A stretch of 60,589 bases of DNA from Octopus bimaculoides (GCF_001194135.2 NC_068999.1:38789377-38849965); one strand, 5' to 3'. Positions 12,540-25,950 are shown, counted from the first letter of the stretch. The notes: generated from the letters alone by a model not told the origin. Program-made: numbers and translations.

Positions 12540-12930
12540 ATCATCATCATCATCATCATCGTCTAACGTCCGCTTTCAAATTGTTTTTCCTTCTTCCTAC
12601 TTCATATATACCTCTCTCTCTCTTTTACTCTGTATTTTTCTTTCTCTTTCTTCTTCTCTTTCTTTTCATCCTTTTCTCCTTTACTCTTTCTTCTTCCTTC
12701 CCTCTTTCTTTTCTCATTTTCTCTCTATTTCTCTTTCTTCCTCACTTTTCTTTCAACTGTTCTTATATCTTCCTGTTTCATTGTCCCTGAGTTTTCTCTT
12801 TCTCTCTTTATTCCTTTCTTTCTCCATTTCTCATTCTTCAGCTCTTTTTTCTCTCTTTTTCTTTTCCTCTTTCATTCTTTCTTTCTTTTCTTCTGCTCAT
12901 CCTTCCCTCTCTCTTTCTCTCACAGACAAA
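12361..12930. repeat. Compound (CTAT)n(CTGT)n(CAT)n array followed by a long polypyrimidine low-complexity tract
   Basis: Direct inspection. Confidence 0.9.
12539..12577 (-). mobile_element. Extremely 5'-truncated RTE tail
   Basis: Reverse strand GAAAGCGGACGTTAGACGATGATGATG matches the family B terminus. Confidence 0.7.
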
Positions 12931-13436
12931 CAACCCAGATTCCCAAGCACTATCTATCCACCTTAGTTCCTTCTCTTCCACCGTTTCAGAAAGATAGTTG
13001 CATGATTAATTTCTTTACAACCATTTTCAAGCAATCTGCTGCCATCCCTTTCATAAAACCAAATAAAATTCCTGGTTTTGATGCAGGACATACTTTGCTG
13101 CCGCTCTGTATCATCCTTCAACCATTCCATAACATTTTGCCTTCCCTTTAAGATGGCATCACTTCCCTGTCAGGCCTTCTTTTACCATATCAATAAATGG
13201 AAAATTCTAGGGCAAAGCTTACCAAAATGCTGTGTTTATCTCTTTGCTTTGATGTTCACAAACAGGCCATTGTATGTTGCTCTCTCTGTGGAACTGAAGA
13301 TCCTTCACACACAAAGATGTTTTCTGATCAAAGCTAATTTGCTACGAAATGAACACGCCATAGGTGTAGCTTATGCACACATTGTTAAATCATCAAAGTT
13401 TCCTTTGTATAATGATGTATGGAGAAATAAAAGAAG

Positions 13437-13812
13437 CAGGCAGGTGTGGCTGTGTGGGAAGAAGCTTGATTCCCAATCGCATGGCTCCATGTTCAGGTCT
13501 GGTGCATAGCACCTCGGGCAAAGTATCTTTTAATCTATCCTCAGGTCACTGAAACTTTGTGAGTGAAATGAAAACTGAAAGAAAGCTGCCATGTGTGTGT
13601 GAGTGTCTCTCTGTGGGCTTATATTTGTCCCCCACCACTGCTTACTAACCAGTGTTGGTTTGTTTATGTCACTGTTCCTTAAACGTTTGGAAAAAGAGAA
13701 TGAAAGAATATAGCTTTAGGAAAAGCTGTAGGTTTGATTTCTTCAACTAAATGCTTTAAAGCAATGCCCCAGTATGGCCATGTTCCAGTAACTGAAACAA
13801 GTAAAAGATAAG
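13437..13812 (+). mobile_element. SINE family A, full length, old
   Basis: Head GGTGTGGCTGTGTGGGAAGAAGCTTG, short internal (TG)n, tail ACTGAAACAAGTAAAAGATAAGAG. Confidence 0.8.
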
Positions 13813-13857
13813 AGAAGAATATTAATTATTTCATTCAATTAAATGTTTCCTTTACTT

Positions 13858-14196
13858 GAGTGGCTGTGTGGTAAGTAGCTTGCTTACAAACCACATGGTT
13901 CCAGGTTCAGTCCCACCATGTGGCACCTTGGGCAAGTGTCTTCTATTATAGCCTCGGGATGACCAAAGCCTTGTGGGTGGATTTGGTAGACAGAAACTGA
14001 AAGAAGCCCGTCGTATATATATATATATATATAAATATGTATGTATGTGTGTGTGTATATGTTTGTGTGTCTGTGTTTGCCCCCCAACATCGCTTGACAA
14101 CCGATGGTGGTGTGTTTACATCCCCGTAACTTAGTGGTTCGGCAAAAGAGACTGATAGAATAAGTACCAGGCTTACAAAGAATAAGTCCTGGGGTC
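13858..14196 (+). mobile_element. SINE family A, young-looking, 3'-clipped
   Basis: TGGCTGTGTGG, GGTTCAGTCCC, GGCACCTTGGGCAAGTGTCTTCTA, internal (TA)n(TG)n; ends at CCTGGGGTC. Confidence 0.9.
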
Positions 14197-14269
14197 ATTC
14201 TCTGCTCTGAGAATATTTTCTCCACTTTCACCCTGAATAAAACAAAGGCTATACCATCCTGCCCAGATA

Positions 14270-14478
14270 TTCTGTTAAAACTAGATGTTAAATCTCCTCC
14301 AGATGAAATACTATTATTGTAAGAAAGGAAGGACACGTGGAAGAATGTTTTATTGATTAGATACAGAATATTTGAAACTGAAATCTCAGAAGAAATAAAT
14401 TAGCACTGATGACTTGATCACCTCTGATCAAAGGTCTGCTCAATCAGGGTTGACCCAGGGCTAAACATCAACAGCAAA
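14270..14478 (+). mobile_element. Unclassified retroposon 3' end (repeat family E), CAA-type tail
   Basis: Ends GATCAAAGGTCTGCTCAATCAGGGTTGACCCAGGGCTAAACATCAACAGC. Partial similarity to 40770-40865 (-) and 46003-46085 (+). Confidence 0.4.
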
Positions 14479-14964
14479 TACGATTAAAATATGCAAAAAA
14501 AGCAACAGTTCTTTTTCATCTCTTATTTGAAAATGTCAAATATTTAACTTGTTAAATCAAAGTCACATATTATTGCATATTCATCGCTAATTGGTTCTAA
14601 TTAGGAATCTAATTTTTGAAGGTAATTAAAATTAATTAGAAACATTTAATCTTAATGAATTCTTCAGTTTGCAGAAGGTATGTTGAAAGATTTAGATTTT
14701 TCATTTTAATTGAAAAATATTTTTTCTTATTTTCTATTTTTATTTCACTTTATATAAAATGGTTTACTTTTTAAAAAAAGAAATATTTTATATTTTGGAT
14801 CATTTTTATATTCCTTTGCATAGGTGTTTATATATTTATATAAAACTATTTGTGTTCTTCACTAAAACTGCCTAGGAGCAGAAACCTTTATCATACTGGG
14901 GTATAAATACCTTCATGGCTACGTAGTTAGGAATGGCAAACACATTCTTGCAAATTCGTCTTTT

Positions 14965-15160
14965 AGTAAGTCTGTAAAATCCCACAGTATCTTATGTTCC
15001 TTGTTCTTGGTGATTCCTTCCAGTTCATGTTCGTACCATTTCTGTTAAGGCCATACTTTTCACATAGCCTCCAGTGAACGAAATTAGCCATGTTAGCATG
15101 CCTCCTTTTGCATTGCTTTTGGGCCAGCTTGCTACACTCACTCACAATTTGTGAGATTAT
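14965..15160 (-). mobile_element. R4/Dong-like non-LTR retrotransposon fragment (CCHC knuckle region)
   Basis: IISQIVSECSKLAQKQCKRRHANMANFVHWRLCEKYGL resembles the R4/Dong motif HIVSGC..LA..EY..RH..VA..VHW.LC.KY. Confidence 0.8.
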
Positions 15161-15167
15161 CATCATC

Positions 15168-15505
15168 CTCCTCATCATCATCATCATTATTATTATTATA
15201 CAGTAGTCTTATTTGTATCACATGCCTAGGTATGGTTTGTGGTTTGTTGTGATGCTCTTATTTTTGTACTGCATTGAGAGTGTTTTATGTAGGATGTGTG
15301 TGATGGCTAGTAGTGCTATTTTCTGTATGTTATATACACCTGTAAGTCTTGGTGCTTTTATCATGTATTTGTCTGAATATTTTTTTATCATACCTAATGC
15401 ACCTACTATAATAAGAATTGTTTCTGTTTTTTGACTCCACATTCGAGTCACCTCTATTTCCAGATCTTTGTATTTTGAAAGTTTCTCCGTTTCTTTTAGG
15501 AAAGC
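15168..15505 (-). mobile_element. R4/Dong-like retrotransposon 3' end (restriction-like endonuclease C-terminus, 3' UTR, (TAA)n(TGA)n tail)
   Basis: KETEKLSKYKDLEIEV.RMW..K...I.I.VGALG.I.K..QKIALL...HIL.KTL is the R4/Dong RLE terminus. Confidence 0.85.
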
Positions 15506-15511
15506 ATTATT

Positions 15512-15740
15512 AAGGCAGCAAGCTGGTAGAATTATAAGCATCCTGGATGAAATGCTTAGAAGCATTTTGTCTGTGTTTATGTTCTGAGTTCAAATTCTGC
15601 CAAGGTCAGCGTTACTGGTTATCCTTCTAGGGTTTATGAAAGAATTTCCAGTGAAACACTGGGGGGTGGGGGTCAATGTAATCAATGATCCTCCTCTGTA
15701 AAATTTCATGTCTTGTGCCTATAATTGAAAGACTTTATTA
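15512..15740 (+). mobile_element. tRNA-derived SINE family D, diverged
   Basis: GGCAGCAAGCTGGTAGAA..GTTCTGAGTTCAAATTCTGCCAAGGTC; tail AAAATTTCATGTCTTGTGCCTATA. Confidence 0.75.
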
Positions 15741-18074
15741 TCATTGTTGTACTAAATGAAATCTACCTCGCCAAAGCTTAAGCACAGAGATTACAGATAC
15801 ATGCATAAAACAAGTCAGCACTTGTAAGTGTCACCATGATATCTGTGTTATTGGCGGAGAAAAGCAAGTCATGATATTTTAGGACTTGAAATGTCTTCAC
15901 CAAGCATTTAACAACATCAGGCAAATTGTTAAAGAAACTTTTCCTGCTTCATTGAACATATTGAGGGAATAGTCAGAGGTCTTATCAGATTCTTTTGAAT
16001 CAAAGTTTTTCAATAGGAAAACTCAGAAGCATGGGAAGGAAGATGTTTAAGAAATTAAGAAGTAAATGTAAGTTTAATCTCTGTTCAGAAACTCATACAA
16101 AATATAAGCTGTTCTTCTTAAGGCCATTATAAACCAAACATATGAGGCACTAACTATGAATATTTCTGCTTCACAGATAAAAAAAAAATTATAAAAACAG
16201 ATTAAAAAACACAACTTAGCAAGATTTTGTAATGTTCTTTTCTTCTTGAGCTATTCATCCATTTAAAGTGATACATAAGAATGATGATGTGATAGCTATC
16301 AGAGTTTATAAAACCTGAGAATGTTTTCTTCTGGCTGTTCTTGTACTGAATAATTCTCCATTACAGTTTAGAGGAGGGATTGTATTCCGTGTTTTAGTAA
16401 TGGACAAAAAAACAAAAAAAACAAAAACAAAAAAAAAACAAAAAAAAAAATAATAACACCCCAAAACAACAGAAACAGTTTCATGGTGCTTAGTGATTCA
16501 CATATGTTACACTTCTTCTCACCTTCACTCTTTATTGGACATTGATTCAACAAGTAGATAAGATATCATTATATGGATATGTAATATCCACTCTTTACAT
16601 TTCCATACAATATAGGCAGCAACAAATCACCATTGTGAACCCCTATAACTGCAAAGACATGTTAGCTGAAGTACCTTAGGAAACCATTGTAAATTGCATG
16701 CAAAATAACCCGACCCCTTGAATATTCTACTGGAATATTATGACCTTGGAACTAATAAAATAACATATTAGACAATGGTATGTAAGAAGAAGAGGAATAA
16801 CTTTAAAAACATAATAGTTGTTGCTTTTACCAGGGCTTTTTGCATTTTTTTTACTTCCGTTTCCCCATGCTTGCATTGATTAATAAGAAATATCTTTTTT
16901 TTCTTGAAGAAATTCCCTTCTGAAATTTTTTTGATTGTTTGTACATTTTTTGCCACATGTTATAATTCCCTTTCTACTTTTTAATGTTCACTCGTGATTT
17001 CAAAAGGAAACACATTTTGTCAGTAAAATAATTGGTGTTGGCATAGTTATTTCCCTTGTATAAGAGCCTGAACTATGACTGTAGGCTCAAATCACCCTAT
17101 CATCATCATATTAGATCTGTGGTACGTTAATCCCACTCTGGTTTCATTAATACTGTCATCAAATTATTGCATTATGACAAATTATTTTCTTTTCCCCATT
17201 CACATTCTTTGACATGGTTCCATATCTGGTCAACAGTGGAGTAAACGTTTATATTCTAGAAAGCACTTCGAAATGAGTTACTAACTACTCCTTATATGAT
17301 TTATTCTACCCTCCTCCACATCATTATGTTTTTTCCAGGAAGTCAGTCTTGCCTTCTTTTAATAATGATTATACAATTAGTGTTTAACAAAAAAAGTAAA
17401 ATGATTCTAAATTGCATGTATGATCTTTAACAACAAACAAATGAGTAGCAAGTTCTTAAGCTATTGTAAGTAGCATTTTTATTTGACAGTTAAAGAAGGG
17501 AGGCAAAAAGATAATGAAATAGGTAGATAGACAGTCACAGTCGATGTATATATATAGATATTAAGATCATATGCATTCATGTTAAGAATATATATATATA
17601 TATATATATATACAGAGAGAGAGAGAGAGACTATATGCATACATGTAAAAACTGTGTTTGCATAATGTGTGTATGTGTGTATTAAAAACCGAATGTCAAA
17701 AGTGAATATAGCAGCCCGATTCAAAGGATTATCAAATTAATGTCTACATCTTTTTTTGTTTTGTTTCTTGTAAATTCTTCAAATTTCAGAAACGTATATT
17801 TCCCACCTGAATACAGTTTGAATGTGTAAATTCTAATAGATACATATCCAATTTCTTATGTAGTGCATAGATGGCCACCACTATCAATTGGCTTTTATGC
17901 AATTATGCCTCTTTTTTCTCCATCCGCTGCCTAAAGATCACACTGAGTGTAGAATGAGATGAAAAAATGTATATGCAGTGAGATATAATTGGTATGGGTG
18001 TCTCAATAATAGTTTTCTATATTAGGACACTAGGAAGGTTTGCTTGGCATTTATCAAGAACTGATGTTACTATC

Positions 18075-18430
18075 TCCTTGTCGTGACATTGTGTGACAAC
18101 AATTGTAAATAAGTGTCTCCTTCATACCATCTTTTCCAATATTGCACAAAAACGTGTCTAGTCATGGAAAAACATTGCTTTCAAACCCACCTCATGGTGA
18201 AGAGGTAAAGGTCATCACACTTACATTGAAAACTTGATTACAGGCACTGGCTTGGAATGTATCCAGGACCACAAGACAGTGATGATGGGCCAAGAAGTGC
18301 AGTTGGTAGTCTTTATAGCTGTGGCCCAGGTTGGAACCAGGCCATAATAAAATTGCTGTACTTGGGAATAAGTGAGGGTTGGAAAGAAGAAAATACTTGT
18401 CTTCCTATCCATGCAAGCATGGAGAAGTGG
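18075..18430 (+). mobile_element. Diverged SINE-like repeat sharing the RTE-type tail (family F)
   Basis: Ends CCATGCAAGCATGGAGAAGTGGACGTTAA; related to 59840-59945. The 5' boundary is uncertain. Confidence 0.45.
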
Positions 18431-19711
18431 ACGTTAAGGCAATGTTTACATATCATCCTGTTATCTGTGTCCTTTATTCTTTTAGTTCATTGCTGGCAAG
18501 GACTGACCAGAAGCCTAAAAGAAATGTTGTATCTTGATTGTGCTGATTTCCATATTTTTGTTTGTCCGTGTCTCTCTTTCTATTAAAATATTCTTGCTCA
18601 GTGACACTTTAATGAAAGGTAAACAATCTGCCGTTATTCTGAGATTATGTAAGTATTTGATTAGATATTTCTATAAATATCTCTTTCCTTCTTTTTTGTT
18701 CTCTTCTATTCCTGTGGCCATGCATATTGGTCATTTGGTCATTCCAGTGTGATCATCTGCAGAGTCTCTAATTAAGCCATCAATGTCCATTGCTACAGTT
18801 GTAATGGGTTGTCATTAAATCTCGAAAATGGCCAGACAGTCTTTAGTTTAGTGCCAGCGTTTTTCAGCAGAACCGGTCTTTCTCATCAGAAACCACACTG
18901 ATCTGCAGGGCATATGTCATTAGCAGTGTGTATGGTGATGGTCTCTCTGTCTACATGTAGCCTTTGTGATGCTGCTGCTGCTGTTTGCTCTAACAACATC
19001 AATAAGCTAATGTAAGAGCTTTTTAAATAAATTTTAAGACAGTTATATAAACAGCAATTAATAAAGTATCAATGTTTTGGCTGGAGTTCAAATTCAATAT
19101 TGCAACTTGTAAAATAGTAGGAAATTAGCTGATCAGATTGAGAATTGATTGATAATATATTTAGTAGCAGCCAAAATGAAATGTTTCCACAGACATCTGG
19201 ATAATGACCAACACTATAGGTATATTAAAAAGTCTCATAAGTGGTTAAGGAAATTTCCAAAGGGTAATACTGTAACATATAAGTATATGAATATAATTCA
19301 CTAATATTAAATTTTACATTTGCCAAATTACTTCCACAAGAGGTAAAAAAAAAAAAAGGTGGAAAATTGACAACACATCTAAAGACTCAGAAATAGATTC
19401 TTTTTACTTTTTTCCCCAAGGTTACTAGTGTGAAATCTGGAAAGTTCCATGTTTAACTCTATTTACTGCCCCTCATTATCTATGACCCCACACATTGTGT
19501 TGTTGTTGTTGTTGTTTTTTAGCTCTTCTATAATTTTCATTATCACAGTTCATAATAAAACAAATGGTTCTGCAGCACTTTACTCAAGAGGGTTTGACCA
19601 TTCTAAACTTTTGCTCCTGACACCCTTAACTTAATTCAATGGTTGAATTAACAGGACAGAAATTTAGCAAGGCCAGACCTCTTGAATCATAGAAACACTT
19701 CATTTGATAAG

Positions 19712-19870
19712 CTTCAGTACAGTTTTCATTGACTCAAATGCACTTACAAGGGATTGGTGAACTCTAGGCTATAGTGAATGCAGTTGCCTAAGATGTCACA
19801 TATTGGGATTGAACTGACAACCTCGAGATTACCAAGCAGACTATTTAACCATTTATCCATGACTGCAGCT
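19712..19870 (-). mobile_element. SINE family A, 5' half, old
   Basis: CTTCAGT..GGCTATAG..TTGCCTAAGATGTCACATATTGGGATTGAAC matches other copies. Confidence 0.55.
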
Positions 19871-20012
19871 ATGAATTACTAGAAGCATGTAACTCAGTAC
19901 AACGTGATGCAATGTCAGATTGTTTGCAATTAAAGTGAAAACTGCAGGAAACTTGCAGGATGTGGGGAGGGAATTTGGAATCAGCAGTGGATTTAATATG
20001 TGTATATATATA

Positions 20013-20152
20013 TTTCTCCGCATTCTTTCTGTTGAAGAGCGTAGCTCGAAACGTTAAAGACTTTCTCTATTCCCGAGCGTTAAACTAATACATCTTTTTG
20101 TTGTTTACACCACCTGTCCTCGTCTGTTGTTGTTTTTTTCATAAATTCTCCC
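20013..20152 (+). mobile_element. Hammerhead-carrying repeat, copy 2
   Basis: Homologous to 6796-6932; (TA)n on both sides. Confidence 0.7.
20024..20060 (+). ncRNA. Minimal type I hammerhead ribozyme variant
   Basis: TCTTT-CTGTTGA-A-GAGC-GTA-GCTC-GAAA-CG-TT-AAAGA. Identical to 6806-6842 except the cleavage-site base (GUU). Confidence 0.7.
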
Positions 20153-21724
20153 ATATATATATCAATTATAATATTTAGATGCTCTGCTCAGTCGTGGCTG
20201 CAGTCCAATAACTGAAACCGGTAAAAACTAAAAACAATCTCCTGGAACAGAACTAAACTCAAATCACCAGAGAATCAGTTGACTGCAAAATGGCCACCAG
20301 TGCCATGTAACAGCAACTGCCATTTTCTATGAAGGAATTTATTATTCATTCAAAATTTCAAGGGTAATTTTCTTTTTTCTTTACATGTCTCCCATTTAGC
20401 AGTATCAGAAATTTTCAAAGAGAGACAGTTCAGTCTAAATGTAAAGAATTTTCTTTCTTATGCATATATGTGCGAGTTGTTTGTATGTATGTATGTATGT
20501 ATGTATGTATGTATGCATGTAGATAGATGTTTTCAAAAACACATATATGTAATTATATATATATATATATATATGTAAATATGTGTGTGTATATATATGT
20601 GTGTATATATATATGTACAAACGTACACACACACACACGTGTGTGTGTGTGTGTCTGTGTAGTTGTGTGTTTTCTAAAATGTAAACACCTTATTTAATAA
20701 TGTAAAGACCTCTCTGATATCTGGTGGTGCTGGAGTTTTAAGTAAAAAGTATCCTTGTAAAACAAATCAGAAATCAAACAAAAGAAATTAGGATCTTTTA
20801 CAAATTGTGTGTGTGTATGTGTGTATGGACTTATAACATGTGTGTATGTGTATTATAACACACCTATGTATATATATAATTACATATGTGTGTTTTTGTA
20901 AATAGATCTCTTTCTCACTCTCTCTATACATACACACATATACATATATGTGTGTGTGTTTGTGTGTGTGTGTGTGGTCTCTTTTTCCTTTTCTCGTAGG
21001 AAAGAAAAAAGAATAATGATAAGAAAAACGGTAATCAAGAATTTCTACAATTCAAAAAGCTATCAATCCTGTCTTGCTGCCATTTATAAGCGTTAGAGCT
21101 GCCCTCATTATCATGTAGAATTTAATGTCTTGTCATTTGTGAGGAAGACAATACAACATTCAATCTAACCGCCCCTCCCCCTCCGATATTATTTGTACAT
21201 GGTTTTTCATACATCTTCAAGTATTTCCATCTAATGCTTGTTTTTTGTCATCTTTTTCTGCTGGAGACTTAAACATATTTAATAAAAGATCAGATACAAA
21301 ATACCAGGAAGGTTCCCATCTCTGCTAATCTCCTGTTTCCCTCCATTGCTTTTATTTACCTGTTTATTTCTTCATTTATTTATTTATCTCTTTATTTTTT
21401 TGTTACCATTACTATTATTGATCTCACTCAAGTTTGGTGTTATTCCTGATAGGACTTCTGTATGTAGCGGGTTACTACCTGTGACTTTAGGTATCCACAA
21501 TCATTCAATTGTCTTTCAAGCGCTTAAAACCCTTCTGGTACTGCAGTTGAAATAATTGACTTGTCCCTTCCCCTCAAAATTACTGCCCTTGATTCCTGTG
21601 AAGGACCAGTGTCCCCTTACTAGAAGATGTTGTGATTTCTGTCCCACAAATGCCATGGGAACTAGGTAACTGGTATTATGAGGGCAAGAGCTCTTTTGTC
21701 TTGCAAGAGACTTGGGGACCCTGT

Positions 21725-21958
21725 CAGTGCTGGTGCCACATAACATGCACTGGTGCTAGTGCCATGTAGATAAGGATGCAGTATGCTCTGTAAAGTGGTT
21801 GGTATTATGAAGGGCATCCAGCTGTAAAGATTGGGCCAGAACAGACAGTGAAGCCTGGTGACAGTTCTTGACTTCACCAACCTCTGACAAACCATTCAAC
21901 TCATGCCAGCATGGAAAACGGACATTAAATGACGATGATGATGATGATGATGATGATG
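21725..21958 (+). mobile_element. RTE 3' UTR (family B) with (GAT)n tail
   Basis: GAAGGGCATCCAGCTGTA..CATGCCAGCATGGAAAACGGACATTAAATGACGATGATG. Confidence 0.8.
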
Positions 21959-22777
21959 AGTTAGCTGGCTGACAACAACAGTTCAATGAGGCTGGAGTTA
22001 AAAGAAAGAAAAATCAGTTTCAATAAAGAATATATTTTGACACCAGATATTGAGTACTTCCATCTCTTACTCATCCGGTTATTTACAAAGTTAGTTTAAA
22101 ATTATAAATATTTGCCTTGAATAAAATTTTCAGTAATGATGGTTGACCAAAAATGATTTATAAAGGCAAAGAAACATTTAGTGTTGCTAATTTCTGTTTA
22201 ATAAAACGAAGGGTTTCCAAGCAGATTCTTTCATTTTGGCACCACATTTTGCTTTACTAGAAATTCACCTGTTTAACCTAATGGTGTAAAACAACCTCAA
22301 AGCAATGAACTCTTACCAAAAACTTCCATCATGTTCTACTTTCAGAAGCAGCAATGCGATGGCATCACAGTGCCACAGTATCACATGATAACATTATCAG
22401 GAGCAACATGATGATTGCTAGAAGCTAAGATTTTTGTTGTTGCTCTGAAAATTGGTAAAAAGTTCACTACGACTTTGCTAATATAATAAATTCTATATGG
22501 ATAGAGTAGTCTTATTCTGTTCATGGCAACACGCACACCTGTGTGTGTATATATGTGTGTGTGTGTGAGTGTATGCTTGTGTGTGTGTATACATTTATAT
22601 ATATGTGTATGTATATCATCAGCATAATTATATATCTGTTTTCTATGCTGGCATGAGTTGGACAGTATGTACACACACACATATGCACATATGCATCTAC
22701 ATGTGTATATATATATATGTGTATGTGTGTGTGTTTGTGTGCATGTGCATGTATGCTCATATATATTTGTATATGTA

Positions 22778-22835
<58 letters not shown>

Positions 22836-22896
22836 NNNNNNNNNNNNNNNNNNNNNNNNNNNNNNNNNNNNNNNNNNNNNNNNNNNNNNNNNNNNN

Positions 22897-23045
22897 TATA
22901 TATGTATGTATGTGTGTATGTATAAGTATATATGTATGTATGTGTGTATGTATAAGTATATATGTATGTATGTGTGTATGTATAAGTATATATGTATGTA
23001 TGTGTGTATGTATAAGTATATATATGTGTATGTATAAGTATATAC
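22897..23045. repeat. 30-bp minisatellite, about 4 copies
   Basis: Unit TATATATGTATGTATGTGTGTATGTATAAG. Confidence 0.9.
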
Positions 23046-23971
23046 ATATATGTGTATGTGTATGTCATAAACTGAAAATAGCTCAGAAACGTAATGTGCA
23101 GTGTAACTAAAAGACATTTTAAATCGTTTTAAAGATTATTTAATTACTCTTGAATAATGGAAAAAAGAAAATATTGGACAGATTTAGCAGAATCGGATGG
23201 TGGTGGGGAGGAGATAAAAACTCACAAATTAGAATATAGGAAAATACCTGTGTGTATCTATGGTGTGTACGCATGTGTGTGTGTATGTATATCTATCTAT
23301 CTATCTATCTATCCATCTATCTCTCTCTATATATATATGTATATATATGTATGTATACATACACACACACACACACATATATATGAATATATATACATAC
23401 ATACATAATATACAAATGTATATAAAAGATAGAAAAGTGTGTACAACCTTTCTCTCTGTAACACATTGCTTACACTCTCGGTTGTACTTTTATTCAGTTC
23501 TCATGCTCCCATATGTGCACACATGTATGCATACAGATACATACACAATGCATAGCATATCATTCAAACTCATATATGTGTGTGTGTGTGTATACACACA
23601 CACACACACACACACAGTGGCCTACAGGGAAGCTCACACACATTTTCTTACTTTTCTATGCATTCTCTCTCTCTCTCTCTTTCTCTCTCTGTTATACACA
23701 TTACTTCTTACAGACTAACACACATATATATATTCATATGCACGTGCACACATGCATGCAAACACAAACACTCACTCACACCACACAGTACACACAATCA
23801 CACATATACATACATACATACATACACACACTGACTAATACAGAATCTCACACGTAAACAAATACACATATATGTTGTCTCTCTCACACACATGCACACA
23901 CATACACACACACTCTCTCTCTCTCTCTTTCTCTCTTTCTCTCTTGCATGTGCAACATATATGCAGATCCA

Positions 23972-24009
<38 letters not shown>

Positions 24010-25144
24010 GTTTGCATACACACTCGTTTTCACACATCACCCACCCACACACCCACACACACAACACAGCCCATGCTCAAATGTTCATTCAAACACTCCA
24101 AGGCACATATCCCCCCTATTCCCCGCCCCAACCACTCCCCTTCCCTCATCCTAACTCAGTTTTTCTCTTTCTTTCCTTCCCTCCGTCTTCACCATTAACA
24201 TATATTTTGCTTCTAAAATCAGAAAAAAAGTTTGGAATGATCTTCAGCAAGACAAACAATCGCAACGGCGGCGGCAGCAGCAACAACTGCAGCAATCTAG
24301 AGAATCCTTCTGCAAATATATTCTGTCACCTTTGGCATTTTTAGTGTCACAGTTCACCTTTAATTTACTTTGCTCATCGTACCAAAATAATTTGCTTAAG
24401 TGCAGACGTGTTTCTTCAATGTGCACTCGGCGCATTGATTGAACTCATTATCTTCCAAGAACTAGCACTTTAGCCATCATTGAGTAGAAGGCTGTCATCA
24501 GTGTTGTGATCACCATCATAGTCATTGCTGTTGTCATCATAATTGTCATCAGTGGCAGCATCATCCTCCTTTACCATCACCACCTCTTCCACAATGTCAT
24601 CGTCATCACATTCACCACCACCACCACCACCACCACTACCATCATAATTGTCATTGCTAACGTTATCATCGTCATGGTCATCTTTGCCATCACCTATGCT
24701 GTCGACATCAGCGCCAACCCCTTGTTAAACAAATATTTCCTCTAATTACATTTCTAATTAGCATACTTGTTCTAATTACAATTCCAGAATGGTTGATATG
24801 TAACTTCAACAGAATCATCAATTCTTTAGTTTACCAGTTATTATTTCTTCATTCTTTCACCAGACCGATGCCATTTTTCTGTCTTCTTTATGTTGTGATT
24901 TTTTTGTTGAAGTTTTTTATTCTTACTCTTTTGCAAGTTCCAGTGTTTGGACTGTGGCCTTGCAGAAGCAAAATCTTCATTGATTGTAGCTGAACCTATT
25001 GACCAATTCTTATTTATTTCTGGCACTGTATTTTTGTATGCTATATACATCATCGTCATCATAATCATCATCATCATCATCATCAACTGCAGCAGCAGCT
25101 GTGTGTAAAGCTGTTGTTCCATACTAGCATAATTTCGATATTTT

Positions 25145-25270
25145 GCACAGGGGCTTGCAAAAGCAGGAGCCACACCAGTTTCCATCGTCTGTTTTGGTTT
25201 CTACAACTGATGCCTTTCCTAATGCCAACCCTTTTACAGAGTATACTGGGTGCATTTTTTTGTGGCCCCA
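25145..25270 (-). mobile_element. RTE 3' UTR (family B) internal fragment
   Basis: GGTTTCTACAACTGATGCCTTTCCTAATGCCAACC..GGGTGCATTTT. Confidence 0.6.
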
Positions 25271-25456
25271 TGAGCAGGGCTATTTATATGTCGAGTAAAA
25301 ACAAGGAAGGTGGCGATTGTTAATGTGATTTTGAAGTTGATGCCAAACTATTCGTTGAATTTTTTTTCTTCTCAATATGCAGCCATTATTCAGTAAATTG
25401 CAGATTTATCATACAAGAAATGAGGCATTTTAACCAGTTGGTGTTTGAAAATTCCT

Positions 25457-25738
25457 AAGGCCAGCCAAAGCCTTGTGAGTGGATTTGGTAGACAGACACT
25501 GAAAGAAGCCTGCTATATATATATGTATGTATGTTTGTGTGTCTGTGTTTGTCCCTCCATTCTCGCTTGACAACCGATGTTGGTGTATTTACATTCCCAT
25601 GACTTAGCAGTTTGGCAAAAGTGACTGATAGAATAAGCACCAGGTTTACAAAGAATAAGTCCTGGGGTCGATTTACTCATGTAATGGTGGGGCTCCAGCA
25701 TGGCCACAGTCAAATGACTGAAACAAGCAAAAGAATAT
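25457..25738 (+). mobile_element. SINE family A lacking the tRNA head
   Basis: CCAAAGCCTTGTGAGTGGATTTGGTAGAC, internal (TA)n(TG)n, full 3' domain to GAAACAAGCAAAAGAATA. Confidence 0.85.
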
Positions 25739-25756
25739 ACACACACACACACACAT

Positions 25757-25793
<37 letters not shown>

Positions 25794-25795
25794 GT

Positions 25796-25905
25796 TTTCC
25801 TTTCAATTTGCATCAACCAGATCTGTAGTAGAAGATACTTGCCTAAGGTGCCGTCTAGAGAAACTGAACGTGTGTGGCTGTGAAACAAACTTCTTCATCA
25901 CACAT
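25796..25905 (-). mobile_element. SINE family A 5' fragment, old
   Basis: GTAGTAGAAGATACTTGCCTAAGGTGCC..CAAACTTCTTCATCACACA. Confidence 0.55.
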
Positions 25906-25917
25906 CCTGATATAACT

Positions 25918-25950
<33 letters not shown>

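Noticed and set aside
18855-18900. Minus-strand CTGATGA..GAAA
   Set aside because: No closing stems I or III.
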